A stretch of DNA of 59,777 bases, the filler included, from Platydemus manokwari (lineage: Eukaryota): assembly GCA_037951405.1 (NCBI GenBank). It is 5 parts of 5 records of this genome, joined end to end, with 100 filler letters (N's around TTAATTAATTAA, not from the genome) between each part and the next. Parts side by side here need not be neighbours in the genome. Positions count along the whole stretch, not along the records: positions 1 to 14,786 come from JBBMOY011393646.1; positions 14,887 to 25,797 come from JBBMOY011066632.1; 3 more parts are not named here. One strand, given 5' to 3'. Position 1 is the stretch's first letter. Every line of letters begins with the position of its first letter. Both the position numbers and the translations under genes were made by a program. Below are positions 1-15,029 of the stretch, piece by piece. The notes beneath the pieces are model-generated. The model made no database searches. It worked only from the letters and a program-made list of their open reading frames with translations, and was not told where the DNA came from.

Positions 1-3000
1 TTATCTCATGTGCGAAAATTCATTATAACGGCCGTAGGACAAAGGACCATTTTTCTTAACTTAAACCTAGATAAAATACAAGAAAAATATAAAAAGTAAT
101 GAATTAATATAAATAATAGCAATTAATAATTATTATCTTTCTAAAGTTATATTATTAATGCCAGTAATTAAGTTAGTATTAATAATGATATTTATTATGT
201 ATTACCAATAAATATTATTATTTTAACAATTTTAACCATCTAAATGATTTGATTTCCCACTATTTAACTTCATGACGCTCATAAAATTGATTTCTTATCG
301 TATGAGATTGGTGATGTAAAAAAAGAAATTTTGGTATCCAACAGTAAAGTATATGTTATTAATATATTTTAATCCAGGTCTTAGTTTCATATGTTAAGGT
401 ATTAACTGACGCTAAATGCCAAAATTGTTATTAATTATCACAATAATTTAAAAATAATAATAAAACAAAATCGTCAAATGCCCAAGGTCCGAATTCACAT
501 TTTCAAAAACCCATGACACAAGATGAGATCAGCTTCCAAAAATTAAAAATTAACATAAAGAGTAACCATAACGACTAGTTATTAGAAAAATTCAATGAAA
601 TTCACACAGGTAAAAGTTACTGACCAAAAGAATTGGCAAATGCTAGTGAGAATCAACTCCTTTTATAGGCTTGTTGTGTGTGTTCATTTGAGGTCTCAGA
701 GCCTTGCTTTTCATTCGATACAGTTTGTATCTCTTGTGCAATTGGCTTATCTAAATGTTTGTGCCAGTTGTTGGTGTGCATCAATTGATTATCTAGTTCT
801 AAATACGGATTGATATATAAGAAGCATATGATTGGCTACTAGTATGTGCGTTTGTCGAATCCGTGTTTGTCTACCCTTTCAGGGTTATTTCCATGGTTTT
901 AATGACATACCTAACACATAAAAAATTTTTATAAAAAAGTTTAATACGAGAAGAAATTTGTACATGGCAATTGTATGTTATCATTTTTATACTTTATTTT
1001 TGATATAAATGTCGTGCTTTCGTGCATTAATGAAGCACATGAAATGGTCAACTGTGCCACAATGATAACTGAAACTTGTAAAGCCTCTATTAGACCTCGA
1101 ACAAAACGTATAAATGATTTATTCGACTTTGCCTATAATATGTTAGGTATTTTTGGGTTTCGATTTTCAGACTAATCACATTTATGAAATTACTGAGCAA
1201 GTGAATGCAGCGAAAATGATATTTACCTTTGATGTATTGAATAAACTATTTGAAATCACAAAATCATAAATATCAGCGTTTAATTAAAACAATTAAAAAC
1301 ACCATAAAATTACAACAACACTACTTTAAAGTATCTACAAAAGAAACAAGGACTGATTTTTCAAACTTCTCTCAAGTAATCCGAAATTTATAACTGAACT
1401 ATTTTTGATTTGTTTTCAAGGTGAATTTATACTATTTTGATAGTGGCAAGTTCTTGCCAGTTTGGTAAATTAATTTTAATTTGTTACCGCTTAAATTAAA
1501 TTTCTATAATTTTTTTTCATAATTTATCTACACATAGTTAAAATGACTACTTTTACCTATAAGTTAACAAATATTATTTATGTTTAATTTCAATATTCGT
1601 CACATTAAATAAAAAGTTATCGACAATTTTTTTTATTTATTTCATTAATTTCAGAACGCTAAACTATATATTTTTAAATGACCAATTAATTTATAAATGC
1701 CACAGGATAACTCTGTCAATGGCGTACTCCAAGTTATATTTTATATACATAAGATGTAAACACTGAATATTTTCAGAATGATTAGAAAGCTTTAAAATCA
1801 CAAAATCGTTTTACATTTATGTTTTAGATCAAATTAAAAGAATCAGATTCACAACGCAGAATCACTCTTGCACTGATCTCTTGGATACTCGTTTTGGGTT
1901 GGAGCTTCAACATGGCTTTCGCTTAAATCCATCACGAACTTTTCTTGCTTTCTTTATCGTTAGTTTAGTTAATTACAATAGTTATTTCAGGTTTAATTTT
2001 GTAGTAACGGGTAAACTCATCCATTGTAGATTATCCTAACAGTATCTTGTAATCAATGTATCTAATGTTGACACACAATGATTTGGGATTGGAAATAAGG
2101 AATTGTATATCGGGAAATTTTGTATTTATATAAATAATTTAAAAATCTTTAGTTGTAAAGGTTGATTTAATCATGACGTTTATTTGATGGCACACTTTAA
2201 TGTGGTCCCAATATAAGTAAAAGACGAAATGTTTAGGATCTCAAATAAAAAGTAAACGTTAATCTTAAACCGGTTTTCAATTTTGATCACAACATTTCCC
2301 CTACATTTGAGGCATTCTTACCAATTTGTTATTTTCATCGCAATTTCAGGTTTTCACACAGGGTATCAAATCTGTTAATTAAAATTTTTCAAATTCTAAA
2401 ATTCTAAATTGACATATCAAGATTCTGACTTGTTTAATAATATCATATTCTGTTCTTAAGAATATAATAACAAAAATTTTGAAACAACTCTGATTTCTTT
2501 TTATACGTGATCGCAAGATACATTTTGATATTATGTTATAAATAAAGCAAAATACGTTGTTAATGATAAATTTCAAGTCAGAGTTGATTAATTTCATGGA
2601 AATCATTTTGATTGGTTACTTTGAAAAGTCGAGATAAAACAATAAGATAAAAGCTTTCATCTCTTTGATTTCCGTGATGATTAATTGATAATCTGTGACG
2701 AGATTTAAATAAAAATAGTGATATTTTAATGAAGTTATACGAAAACATCTTTCATCTTTCACAATGATTATTTCAACTGAAATAATGATCTAATATCGCA
2801 TATATGCTTTATTCTATTTGATTCAACCAACAACTCTTTTAAAAATGATTTTAGTGATCCAGTATCGAAATACGGTTGGCAGTGAATATTTATGAAAATA
2901 ATAATTCACTATTATCAGCTGAGGTTTAATGGAATTTGAATTTATCACATTGTGATGAACTTGATCCTATTAATCATAAAGGGTAATGCAACAGTTTATG

Positions 3001-3817
3001 ACCGCAATTTATGTGCGTTTGGTTGACTGTTTGGTACACTACTGTGAATATTTTATGAAATACGCTTTAGGTAATCTAGCACAAATAAGTGAGGAGCTAA
3101 TTTTGAAGGTTCTTTCAGGTAGGAATTCTAAAATATCATTTCGTTATTTATTTGTTTATGCTAGTCGTTTAAATATGATGAACTTTTGATATTAAATTTT
3201 CTTTTATTTTTTACTTTATTAAAACTGTATGACTTGATTTCATAATTATAGCCACATTAGTACAACCATTTTTATTTATTGTTATTGATTAGTTGTGATC
3301 CCTGTAAACCTATAGTATTTTACAAAGCAAGCATGGAAAACGAACTGAAAGTGAAGAAAACATATATTTAAATACAAAAAATATAAAAACAGTTTATCAA
3401 ATCTTTTAAATTCTCCCAGTTCCAAAAATTATTAATATTTCAAGTAAAAAATCATCATAAATCGAAGTTATCGGATTAAATGAAAATGTAGTGTTTCTAG
3501 GGCTTTTCTAATTTTTAAATTAAATAACAAGGGAATTTGAAATCAATATAATTGTTATGTTTACTGCAAAAATAAATCAAACACTAAAAATTAATAACAA
3601 AAAATTCTTGTGCTCATTGCACTTCTCAGGATATCAGTTCCATTAATTGCAGAACTGAGCAAGTTTCATGATCAGTTTAAAAAACAAAAAATTCCGGCAC
3701 GAAACCCCAACGAATTAGGGGAGTTTTAACTGATCATAAATTAAAAAATTATTTTGGATCTACAGTTTTTTAAGCCTGGGTTTCGCCAGGACGTGATTAA
3801 ATTTATTTTGCACCTTA

Positions 3818-4052
3818 TGTAAATGATATGGAGGCTGTAGACGACAAACAACAATTTTTAACACAAACAACTAGCAGCCCAAACAATCTATCACAAACAA
3901 ACCAAAGCTTAGGAAGTTCCCATATTCTGCTAGTTACTACGGCAGAGAGCTTCAGCATTTCCTTATATGTTTCGGCGGCAACAGGGAGTACCTTAGAACG
4001 TATAACCTAGCTAGCAATCAATAGGAGTTTCTATGGTCCTTTCAACCCAACA
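3818..4052 (-). mobile_element. Possible solo LTR
   Basis: GC-richer island bounded by TGT...ACA. On the minus strand it starts TGTTGGGTTG, like other TGTTGGG-starting islands here (21028 minus, ~59456 plus). No TSD seen. Confidence 0.25.
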
Positions 4053-7000
4053 TGTGAGGTCGCTTGTAAACAATTTAAGTTAAGAATAAACACCCACGAT
4101 TAAATAATTATATTCGAATTCATCACAATTATTACTCGATAATTAATCAATTATATTTTGACGAATTGGAATTATAACTAGAGTTTAATGACAGCTATTA
4201 CATCATGAATTAAATTTTTGCATTTCCTATTTCTAATAATCAAACGGTTCGAAATCTTTTAGATATACAACGCCAGTTTATCCAATTTGTACCAATTCAT
4301 GCTAATTCGTTGCATTTTTTAAAGTTCTAATTGTCCGTCAGTTTTGATGCGACAACTAATTGAAAGGACTCTAATTATATCCAATATTAGAACAATCAAA
4401 TTCTTGGAAATTCCTTGTCCAATCAATAGATATTCCATCAGCTATGCGTTAAGGTTTTTGATTTCGATATTTATTATTTATCATAAATTTGAATTTTTGT
4501 TTTAATGCTTTTGGTTTTTTTTAATTTCAAGCCAATCAATTTTTGAAGTCCAAAACCCAGAATTAATTGATATTGTAAAATGATAGAGTTAATCAATTAT
4601 GCAATATATATTTGAAAATATTCGGCATCATATAAACACATTGTCAGATCATAACAGAATCACAATTGAGAATTATATATTATTAATATTGTCACTCTGA
4701 TTATTCTGATTACACAATATATCGATATTATAATCATAAAACTTTAAAGCAACACAATCTAATAATTTATAATAATTCATAAGATTAAATTTCCATGCAT
4801 AGATTTTTATCCAATCGTCCCGAGTTCAGCCAATTTATCATTCATTTTCCAATCCTATTGTAAGAAATAAGTCGTTTTATACGGACTGATTTATTTAACA
4901 CAATTACGATGTTATATACATCATCTTATTACTGTTGATGAAATAACGTATAATAAGTGACAATTGCGCAATCACTAATCAGTATGCAATCAAACAACAT
5001 ACACACGTCATACATATCACATTCACATTTCCATTTATGAATCTCTCTTACATCTATTATCACCATAACTTAGATATTTTTAATGTTTTTACTCTTTCAT
5101 TATTTTGTGTATCGATGTTATGATGAATCTCTTTCTCTTTCATCAAATGATCTCAATAATTTCAACAATTTTTATGAAAATTCAAAGTTCATATCAACTT
5201 ACAAGATTATTTTATATAAAAATAAAACTACTATCTGATTGTTCAAACGGGGACGAGATTAATCATGATTATAGGGTCTTGATTCAATCACAATTTCCAT
5301 TACAATTGAACATCCATTAATTTGACATTGGAATTAATCGATTGTTTTCGATAATAATATCGCCAAATAAATTAATAAAATATTAAATCAATTAATGGAA
5401 ATTAAACTAACCTAATTAAATAATAGAATAAAATGATTAAGTAAATTCAAGATTTTATTACAAAAATCGATAACAATAGATACCAGACACGTTCTTTGAA
5501 TTTAATACTTTTATTCAGTTTTCGATTTCCAATAAATCATGTTTTCAGCTGTCATTTGAGCATATGGAAATTTAATAATTTTATATTTACTATTATTGCC
5601 ATGATTGGTCAGAGGGTTCCTAAATTAAGGTCAGGTGTTTTAGATGATCTATTTGGTCTAATGCAATATAACAGACAAAAAAAATATCATTTATATCTAG
5701 TTTATTGTGATAATTGACTATGCATTATCGATCTAATCAACCCAAAAACGAAAATGATATAAATAATTGCATTTATGTTATTCTGATTTTTAACAAAGAA
5801 AATCTAAGGTTTGTCAACAACACACTAGTGCAAACATTCACAAACAATACTTCAATGAATTCTTAAAAATAATTTTTCTTTTCGTCGTAATTTTTGTTTA
5901 CTTTTCTTGAATTACTATCAATTTTGATTTAAAAACTTTACGATTGGCTCATTCGATAAGGCAACATCTGCTAATTACCAGGTTTAGCTTTCAAAACGCA
6001 AATAAATCGGTTTAATTATGATTTCAATGTTTTTTTACATTGGAAATAATATTATTAGTTTTATATAAATGGTGAAGTTTTACAGGATATCTCATAATGA
6101 TCTCAAAAGGAAAATGAGGCTTAGAATAGGACACCCCATATATAGCTCTTTATTTATTTTTATAATTAGAATTTTCATAATTTCTATTGAGTATTTCACA
6201 GTATTGAGTATTATCATTTCTTATTAATCAAATTTCATATTTTTATTAGTACCAATATTTTGTTCTGTTTTATTTAAGTCGGCTTTATTGTCGAAACATC
6301 ACCGGCAAAATAATTTAGTTCTGATAATTTGATGAACCAATAAAGATTAATGTAATAATGTGGCAATCAGGATATTAAATTGAGTAACGAATTAATGAAG
6401 TTATTGTAAAATTAATAATAACATGATATTTAGAACTATCATAGTATAAACGACAAATTGGCATTCCAAAACAATTTATTAACATTGTTAAATGACAACT
6501 TTTGAGATAATTATGATCATGAAATCATTATTATAATTAAACAGTCGACATGTTCAATCCAACTCAGTAAATATCACCCAATTCTTCCCAGGAAAATGAT
6601 GATATTAATCGAGAATTGATATTAATCGAGCTTAGTAGATACTGATAATTAATTGAAATAGAATCGTTAGTCTAACTTTCAGTGTTTTTTAAATATTGTA
6701 ATTAAAATTTTTTGAGTCAATCCAACTAATCAAATTCATCGACATTTGTTGAAGTGCTATTAAAAATTTGAAAAAATCAAAAAGTAAAATTATTTTAATA
6801 TTAAACGAAATTGTAATAAATAGAACCGAGAAAAGATTTTCTAATTATTGTTGTACTATAATATATGAGATCGACCATAATTAATTTAATCAAGTTGTCA
6901 TTGGTGAAATAACATTTGACATTCAAAGCAGAATATTTAATCAAATATTGTAAATACGATCATTTGTCTCGGGAATAATTTTCTGGAGAATACAAGAATC

Positions 7001-7469
7001 TCGATTTTCATTAATTCTTAAAGATACCGTTATAAAATATTAATAAAAATATATATTTATATATCAAGTGAGTTAATTTTTATCACAAGATTTATTTCAA
7101 TTGATACAGATTTTCTGATAGACATAAGCGATTGTATCTCATTAAATAATAATTTAAAGAATTCATAGCTTTGATAATCTTATTATCGAAAAATAATGTA
7201 AAGCTCTTCTTATTACCAATGCCATACGGAACATTGAAGTAATCGTTAAATAATTCGCTCAAATGTGGATTTAAATCTCCTGCTACATCACATAACTTCT
7301 TTATCATTTATAACTGGCAAGCAGCATTTTTTGGATTTCGATTTCATGTTCAAATATCCTCAAAAATGTAATCAGAAAAATATAATATTATTTCAAGCAA
7401 TTAAATTTTAAATACCATTCTGATATATACCATGCAATTCATAAGTCTCCATCTCTAAAACTAAAATAA

Positions 7470-8160
7470 AACAACAGCAAGAACAAGCTATAGGTATTGA
7501 GTTACTTTAATGCACAACGAAACACAATAACAGTAAGAACAAATAACGGTAAATAATAAGCAATTTCATAGCAAATGTTCAAAATCTTCACGATCTTGTT
7601 CTAAACAGAGATTGCATTGTTTCCTGAGACTTGAATAACATTTATGGACTACTTCCTGATTGATGCTTATTAATTAAGAGATTGTGTTTTCGTACGAGAT
7701 CGTTTAGATAAAACGAAGCTTCATCTGAGAAAATAATCTTTCTATGGAAATTGACATTGTTTTCGTTGATTATCCAAGAACAGAATTCAACCCTCCTATC
7801 GGGATCATATTCTCCCCATGCTTGATTAAAAGAACATTTGAAAAATTTTATTTTTTCTTCCTTAAAATATCTGCGAACTGAAATTTGTAAAGTCATACAC
7901 ACTCGTGCAGTTTCTCATTGATTTCTCATTTACAAAATTTACCACCTTTTCCTTAATGATTTCATCAGACGGTCTTCCTGATTGCAACCTAATGGATAAG
8001 TTTCCAGTTTCATCAAACTTCTGTTTTCAGTATTGCACTGTTGTCCTAGCTGGTGGTGTACGATTGAAATGTTGCTGAAATTCTTGACCAAGTTTGGCAC
8101 TACTCTGGTACACTATTGCATGGCTAAATATAAACACTCTATCCGCATGAACAGCCCATA
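7470..8160 (-). mobile_element. Degenerate, internally deleted Tc1/mariner-superfamily transposon (DUF4817-type HTH + DDE fragment)
   Basis: Minus-strand fragments read FQQHFNRTPPARTT, KFDETG, RRVEFCSWI...KIIFSDEASFYLNDLVRKHN (first catalytic D in FSDEA) and C-terminal RKQCNLCLEQDREDFEHLL*. The middle of the catalytic core is missing. A paralogous copy lies at 36300-36740. Confidence 0.8.
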
Positions 8161-9719
8161 AAGCATAGGTAATATAACATAAATTAATAATGAAATATCA
8201 ACAAACATCTTAGAGGAGTCCAGAGAAAGTTGTTTGTTTTCTAATCTAAATTGAAAATGATGTGAAACTGATAAATTACATTGAAAAAAATTGATTGAGT
8301 TAAGGCACAGTAATTGAAGTAAATTTGTATGGATATTGAAGCTAGTTATTAAAATTTAACAAGGATTAATTTCCCAAATAGAAGAATTATTGCCTGATGA
8401 AATCAACTGCTCTCAGATAATTCAGAACCAACAGAAACCAAGGAAATTAAACAACTTATTTGTCTGACAAAACCAATTTTCTCTGTGCCCATTGAAATTC
8501 TTATCATAAAGAGGTAATTTACTTTCTTATATGAAACGTAGTGTAATCGTTTGTACGATCTTGTAGATCTAGACCTGTAAAGTATTTACAATACTATTTA
8601 CAATACTACTCAAGAGAGGTCTCTTGGCCTGCAGCCTAAATTCATGCTCGGATTAGACCCATTTCTGTTTTACTGGACTTGTATTAGGTATTTAGCCCAT
8701 GTGTAATCAAATTTAATAAAGTTGCAAAGCTTGTGTAGATATATGTATTGCGGGTTGATTTCATGGAAGTTTGCAGGTGATTAATTTGAAATTAAAGAAT
8801 ACAATTCTTATTTGATAATAGTTCAATACACCATTACAACTATGGCTGGAACTTTCGATAATAAAATCTCTTTTGTTCTTAAAGCATCACTTAATCCAAA
8901 GCGAAATTTTAATCAAATAATTACTATTGCCAAAAATTCATCTTGTTTGATTACACGTGTTCCTAATTTTTGTCCTAACAACAATCTATCAACACATTAA
9001 ACAAGTTATTTGAAAGCCATTAGAAGAAAATCTTCGAAACAGAATTATTGTTATAAATATCTATTAAATGTGTCCGAAATGAAAATAAATCTTAGATAAA
9101 GCATTCCTGGAAAATTATCTTGGATCATTAGAGATAAGATTTATGAACTTCTAAGCCAACACGTTGTGTTTTTGACTACAAAATAAGATTTATTAATTAA
9201 ATAGAAAAATTTTATTTAAAATACTTAATTAAAATATTTAATTTAATTTAAAGTAAGGTACTTAATGACAAATATTTCTTTAATTCAGATAACAGAAATT
9301 TTAATTCGATCTTTTTAATTCAAAATAGTGATTATTAAAGCGTTAAAGAAAATATTATTGAAACCAAAATTCTGTTGAATCTTATTATGATGATATCCTA
9401 ATATCTTAATCTATCGTAATTTATGTAAAAATATTGAAAATATTGATAAAACTAGGTAAAAATAAAAGTAAATAACTCTATATATTACAACTTTAGACCC
9501 CTGTTTTGATACTTTCCGGGAATGTGAGCCTGCACATAGAGGTATGGTAATCAACCAATCAAAGACTATATGAAGGACATGACTATACAGAAATACATGG
9601 ATAAGGATTGGCCAATAGGTTGAAATTAATAGACAGTTGAGATTAAAGAAATAGAAAGTCAAATTAAAATTTACCAAAAATATATATGTATATATATGTG
9701 TGTGTGTATAACCTTTATC

Positions 9720-12200
9720 GTGTTTATATGAAGGAAATTCGCCACTACCTATGCAAATTAGAAAACAGACTGGGACTCAAGGAACTGGAAACCACCAGAA
9801 CCCAAATGGATTCAACTGTTCAAATTCAACAACCAAGTTCTTCAATGACACCTCAGTTTGGATTGTCTTCTGGACAATATCCTAACGAAATTAGATACCT
9901 ACCTAATTGGACAATCTCTTTAAAACAAGTTGTTTCCTTCATCCGTAACCTTCAACAAAACTTTTCCCAGCATCAGAGAGTCTCTTGGCCAAAGATACTC
10001 AATATACAAAGCATTACCTGTCACCATAAGCTTGGAAGAGGTCTCTAAAATTTTGAAATGACATCTTACTTGCGTCAACTTTTATTGAGGAGCGAACAAA
10101 TGTGAAAAGACCAATACCTAGTCAAAATACCCCACATTAGCTGACCTAAAATCCATGTCAAGCTCACCTTCACAAAAACCGCTGTGCTCTATTTACACAC
10201 CTACAAGGCATATTCTATAAAACAACAATATCAAAGAACACGGGGTTCTCCAATCCTTTACAATGATATTGTCAATCTGTCAACTGTTGAAATGTTATCC
10301 AAACTTCTATCTTAAGCTTAAAACCAGTCTAAAAACAACAAACGACCAAAGGCTCAACCTCCCTATTTAAACAAACTACCAGAGCTTTTAAACCTGGTCA
10401 TTCCACGATCCTACCAATCCAATCAGCAATAATTCTGAAATGTCCATTTCCGACATTATAGATTTATGTGACTCATCCAGGAGAGAAAAAGTGCTCCTGA
10501 CCTCATCAACTTTTCATTACTTATCACTTATCCTGATACTCTACCTTGTGCCTACCCTGGATTCCAGTAATATGCAAAGACCTTCAATCACCTATTTTCA
10601 CCAGATGAAGTTGACGTTAAGCAGTTCAAATGTACCAAGTAACAGCCCAAAACAAACATAATTCTCCGCAGCACTAGAAATGTGATCAATGTATAAAATA
10701 CTAAATGAAAACCTTTACTGGTCTGCCAATTTTTGTGATTCAAGATCCATAAAATTCAAAATCAAGACAAGCCTGCTCAGCTAAACGGAACAGCTCAGAA
10801 CAGCTTTTAATCCCATGTAAAACTTCAAATGTAACTGCCGTATCTGCAGAAACTTTTTCTCCAGAACATTGGTCGGTCCTTTTGAATTAACAGCTGATCA
10901 AATAGCACAACTGTTATCAAATCACCAGCAAAATAAAATGAGATCTTAGAATCCATACCAAAATTCACTCTAACTATACATCTGCGCTCTGCTTTTGTGA
11001 TGGCGCACTACATGATCTAAAACTGTTCCAGGAGGTCAAAGACATTGGCTCTGAATGGAAGAACATCAACACCATACGCAATAAATTTTAATTTTCTAAA
11101 GAACAAAATATGTACTATCGATCACAAGACAAACCTCAACCAATTAGAAACTAAGCTAAACCTCAGTTTCACCTGGTATCATAACCAGTCAATCAATCTC
11201 CGCTCCACGCCTAATACTCGTAGGTAAGAAACAGCAAACTGATGCCATATCACCTTCCATTTCAAAAAACATCTAACATGCTCCAAATCATACTCCTACT
11301 CTGTATTCAGTTACCTCTGTGCACTATCGATATCGACAATGTCACTTTCACTCAAACTGCAATTGATACTCCGTATGGTGTGTCCGACAGTAAAAGAAAA
11401 TCTTAGAATGAACTTTAGTCAAACAGATCGACCTCCAGTAATAAATCCCTTTAAGTTGTATTTGAACCAAGAAGACTGAAAACCTACAAACAAACCACAC
11501 CCAAATCAATTGAAAGCATTCCCTTTAACAGTTTCCTTACCAAACTGTTCAATTTCAATGACGTCATTTTCATCAAACGGCAGTATGTAGTCGCTAACAT
11601 CAACTAGAATTTCGAGATTCTTTATCTTTTTTTCCATTCTTTAATTTGTCGTCACGGAGAGTCGACTTCTGGTTTATTCATTGAAATAAAAATCATTGAA
11701 ACCTTCCAACAACGTTAGATTAATTCAGCCATCTTATTCCTGTTCAGTGGAAAGAGTATTGCGCAACAAATTGGATAAATTCCTACTGAATCTAAGGTAA
11801 GGAAATGCTGATATTCCAAAGGTTCATTATAGCCCATAAGCACTTAAACTCATTTAACTGTGGCCTGCCTATTCATTGTCCAGCAAGATCTCGATTATGC
11901 ATCAAATTTTACGATATTTCATTCTTCAGTCCTTTCACAGCCCCTGAAGAACATCGATGATACTAAAGCTAATACTCTACTTCTCCACATGACATCAAAT
12001 TTCGGCGAATCAGATACAGGTTAACCTCTGGAAGTCATCAAGCTGATCTAGATTGACTCTCTATTTCTCACACAAATACTATTTTACTGCACTAACAGTT
12101 CGGTTCATCTTTGAACTCTCTAGATTTGCACCAAAGAAACATGTGAAACCTTGAGGACTACATTTCAAAGGTCAATCATCTTCAGATTTCTAACTCCGGA
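9720..12200 (+). mobile_element. Highly decayed LTR-retroelement-like region
   Basis: C/A-rich strand-biased block with broken reading frames. Only weak remnants resembling zinc knuckles and an integrase core (DYASNFT; FSPFTAP) remain; no clean motif. Confidence 0.3.
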
Positions 12201-12729
12201 GTGATTTAACCTGAGAGATTATGTTTTTGTAAAATAAAATTTAATTAAATAAATTTTTGTAAAATTATTTTGTATAAAATAAATTAATATTTTGAAAGTA
12301 AAATAAAGGGATCATAACTCACTAAGAACTAGATTTACAATCACAGTAATAATAAAAAATTAATGCTGCTGAGTCTGATACTCTTATTGTCCAGAAAGAG
12401 CTTTAATAATTTCAGTCTATTCAGACATTAGTAGCAGACAAAACGGTTTTTCGTCATATTTTAGATAAATCACCTCACTTCAATGTAGATTTCGATTCTT
12501 AATATCAACACTTTTTTTTGAATCAATCTCGTTGACGAAATGTAACAAATTCTAGTCGTTTTGATCATCTATCTCTTGCATTATGTGTTCATCATCACCA
12601 TTGCATTGCCTTCCAAATTCGTCATAGATGTGTAAAATTCCCTTTCTGGACTCGCTGCAAGTGACAACATGAAATCGTAGTCCACATCTCTAACACTTGT
12701 TTCTTGTTGGTCTCTAAAATAACTTTTCT

Positions 12730-12850
12730 GAACACAATAGAAACAGTGTGTGGCTCGCAATTTTTCATTTTACAACTAGGAAAGCTACATCTTTAATTAT
12801 AAAGTTTACAGGCAATCTTGACTTTGCAATTATTTCTTTTTCATTGTTAT
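12730..12850 (-). mobile_element. Possible piggyBac-like Cys-rich C-terminal domain remnant
   Basis: Minus-strand translation NCKVKIACKLYN*RCSFPSCKMKNCEPH has Cys/His spacing similar to the piggyBac CRD; contains a stop. Confidence 0.25.
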
Positions 12851-14714
12851 TCGGTTTGAATTAGCGAATTTTTTTCTGTTTTTGTGATTTCCTCACACAC
12901 TACTTAAAAATATTCCTTGTGTTGTGAAACTCTTGTAGTCCAAAAATTCAGCTGATCAAAACATATAAATTTTAATTTAAGGATACCTAGTCTCTGTATC
13001 TCATTCATATTTGCAACAGTAGAAATTTGCTGCGATACGTCTGTACCTTTGTAGATCTTGACATGGAACTGGATTTTGGACATTCCAATCTCTTATGTTG
13101 TCAAAGGAGCTTTTTCAAAGCATGTATTTTGTGCTGTTAGAAATAATATCTTTAAAAATTGCTTCACACGTCAGGCCTAAATTCATAACCAATTCTATAA
13201 ATTTTTGAATTTGAATCTCGAATGTGGTGAGTTGCTGGATATCATTTTGTGAGATTCTTGTTAATTTAATTATTAAGTCAGTAATCAACTTATTTGTTGA
13301 AAATAGGCTTATAAACCACCCTTTTGTATACTTTTTCAGTTACTTCATTCCTGGATTAATTCCATGATATCCTAGCTTTCTCCTATAATAAGTTCAAAGC
13401 GCTTAGAATATCAAGGTTATTTATCCATGACCAGTCTTTGGGATCCTGGATCCATCAAGTAGCTTAATTTGGGTCTTGCTCATTATATCTTTCTGTCATG
13501 CACCTTCTTAAGGTGTAACTCTAACATCATTTCACACTGTTGGTCTCTCGTAACAGCGTTTGTTTCTATAGCATGAGTGCCAGGAACAGTCATTGTAAAT
13601 ACATGTTCAAAAACAGAGTAAGCACTAAGTTTGAAAATTAACAATCATGTGATTCAGATCACTTAAAATACGAATACCATCGACCGTAGATATGCACGCA
13701 CAAGTATGTACAATATTTATGTTAAATCATTATCTGATTACATCTAAAACTATTTTATGCCAATAGAGCAGCTAATTTGACTAATAAAATGAAATATTTC
13801 GATCAAAAATATTTTCAACAAACTCATGTCGCTCAAGTTATTTGAAAAACCAATTGAATTTTGACTCTAAAATTTTTCTAAATTCAAATTCCAAAAACTG
13901 TCATTATGACAGTATAAACTTTTTTTTCCTCAGAAAATGATTGTATTAGAAATTTCAATGTTTTCGTTTTTCCAATTTATTTACGAATAAATATAATTTG
14001 ATGTATTATGTTTACTGAAGAAATAATGATTCTGATTTGTTAACAGATTCGTTTAAATTTATTTCATAATAATCAATAATAAACATTTATGTTTGAAAGA
14101 ATATTTCCAGCATTTATTCAAGCGCTTTCCATAATTTCGTAAATGCCAACTTTAGAAAAAAAAATATTTCTTATTCCATATTTACTATTTCTTCGAGCGG
14201 AAATTGAAGTTAGGAAATGAACTAAAATAAATATTTTTCAGTTCAAATATTTTACTTTTTCTTCTTATTACTATTAATAGAAACATAACAGATTTAATAC
14301 AGATGATTTGATGGACCTTTTAGACATGCTATTTCCGTTATTGAAAATTTCTATTCATCATTTAAAACATTCCCGAAATAGCTAATATAAAATGTATGTT
14401 TGAATGTTTATTGTTATTACAATTTATTTGGACTTAAGTTAAGAACAGGGACCATTAACCTAATTTCAATATGAATTTTGGTATATGAATTAATTTTATA
14501 ATTTGATATTTTGCAGATTTTCATAAAATTTACTGCGAAAATTAATTGTTAATAAATATTCTAATTTTAAAATAATGAGAATAAATTGCAAATTAATTGG
14601 GTTCTAAATTTCTTGGTTTCATGAATTGTTGAATCATGTTGAATGGTTAACATTTGTATGTTGATAACTGATAATTGTAAGGTTACCGTAATACCTCTAA
14701 TTAACCATATAGAT

Positions 14715-14786
14715 CAGGGGTCTCCAAAGTACGGCCCGCCAAGCTTACTATGAAACACACGAACATTATGACAAAAATCTTGCTAC
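14715..14786 (+). mobile_element. hAT (Charlie/Buster-like) element left end, cut by gap
   Basis: CAGGGGTCTCCAAAGTACGGCCCGC is a typical Charlie/Buster terminus; it is preceded by an 8-bp site ATATAGAT with central TA. Confidence 0.6.
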
Positions 14787-14886
14787 NNNNNNNNNNNNNN
14801 NNNNNNNNNNNNNNNNNNNNNNNNNNNNNNTTAATTAATTAANNNNNNNNNNNNNNNNNNNNNNNNNNNNNNNNNNNNNNNNNNNN
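14787..14886. other. Assembly gap with six-frame stop linker (44 N + TTAATTAATTAA + 44 N)
   Basis: Directly visible; linker at 14831-14842. Confidence 0.98.
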
Positions 14887-15029
14887 TACTATGCAAAATG
14901 TACTTTAAATAAATAAATATTTTTCAAAAAAAACCGAAATTTTAAGGTTATACACCTAATAATTGAAGTAAACATTTGTCTTTGTTTATGGATTATTTAA
15001 TATCTCAAGTAATATTAGAAAATTATACA

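Noticed and set aside
595-5717. Short ORFs of 60-75 aa
   Set aside because: Low-complexity I/F/L/N/K-rich translations expected by chance in AT-rich DNA; no motifs.
6081-6142. Tiny Tc1/mariner MITE (TACAGGATATC...GGACACCCCATA)
   Set aside because: The termini are too short and mismatched to support a call.
14831-14842. TTAATTAATTAA recurring four times as a biological repeat
   Set aside because: It is always centred in N runs, so it is an artificial linker.
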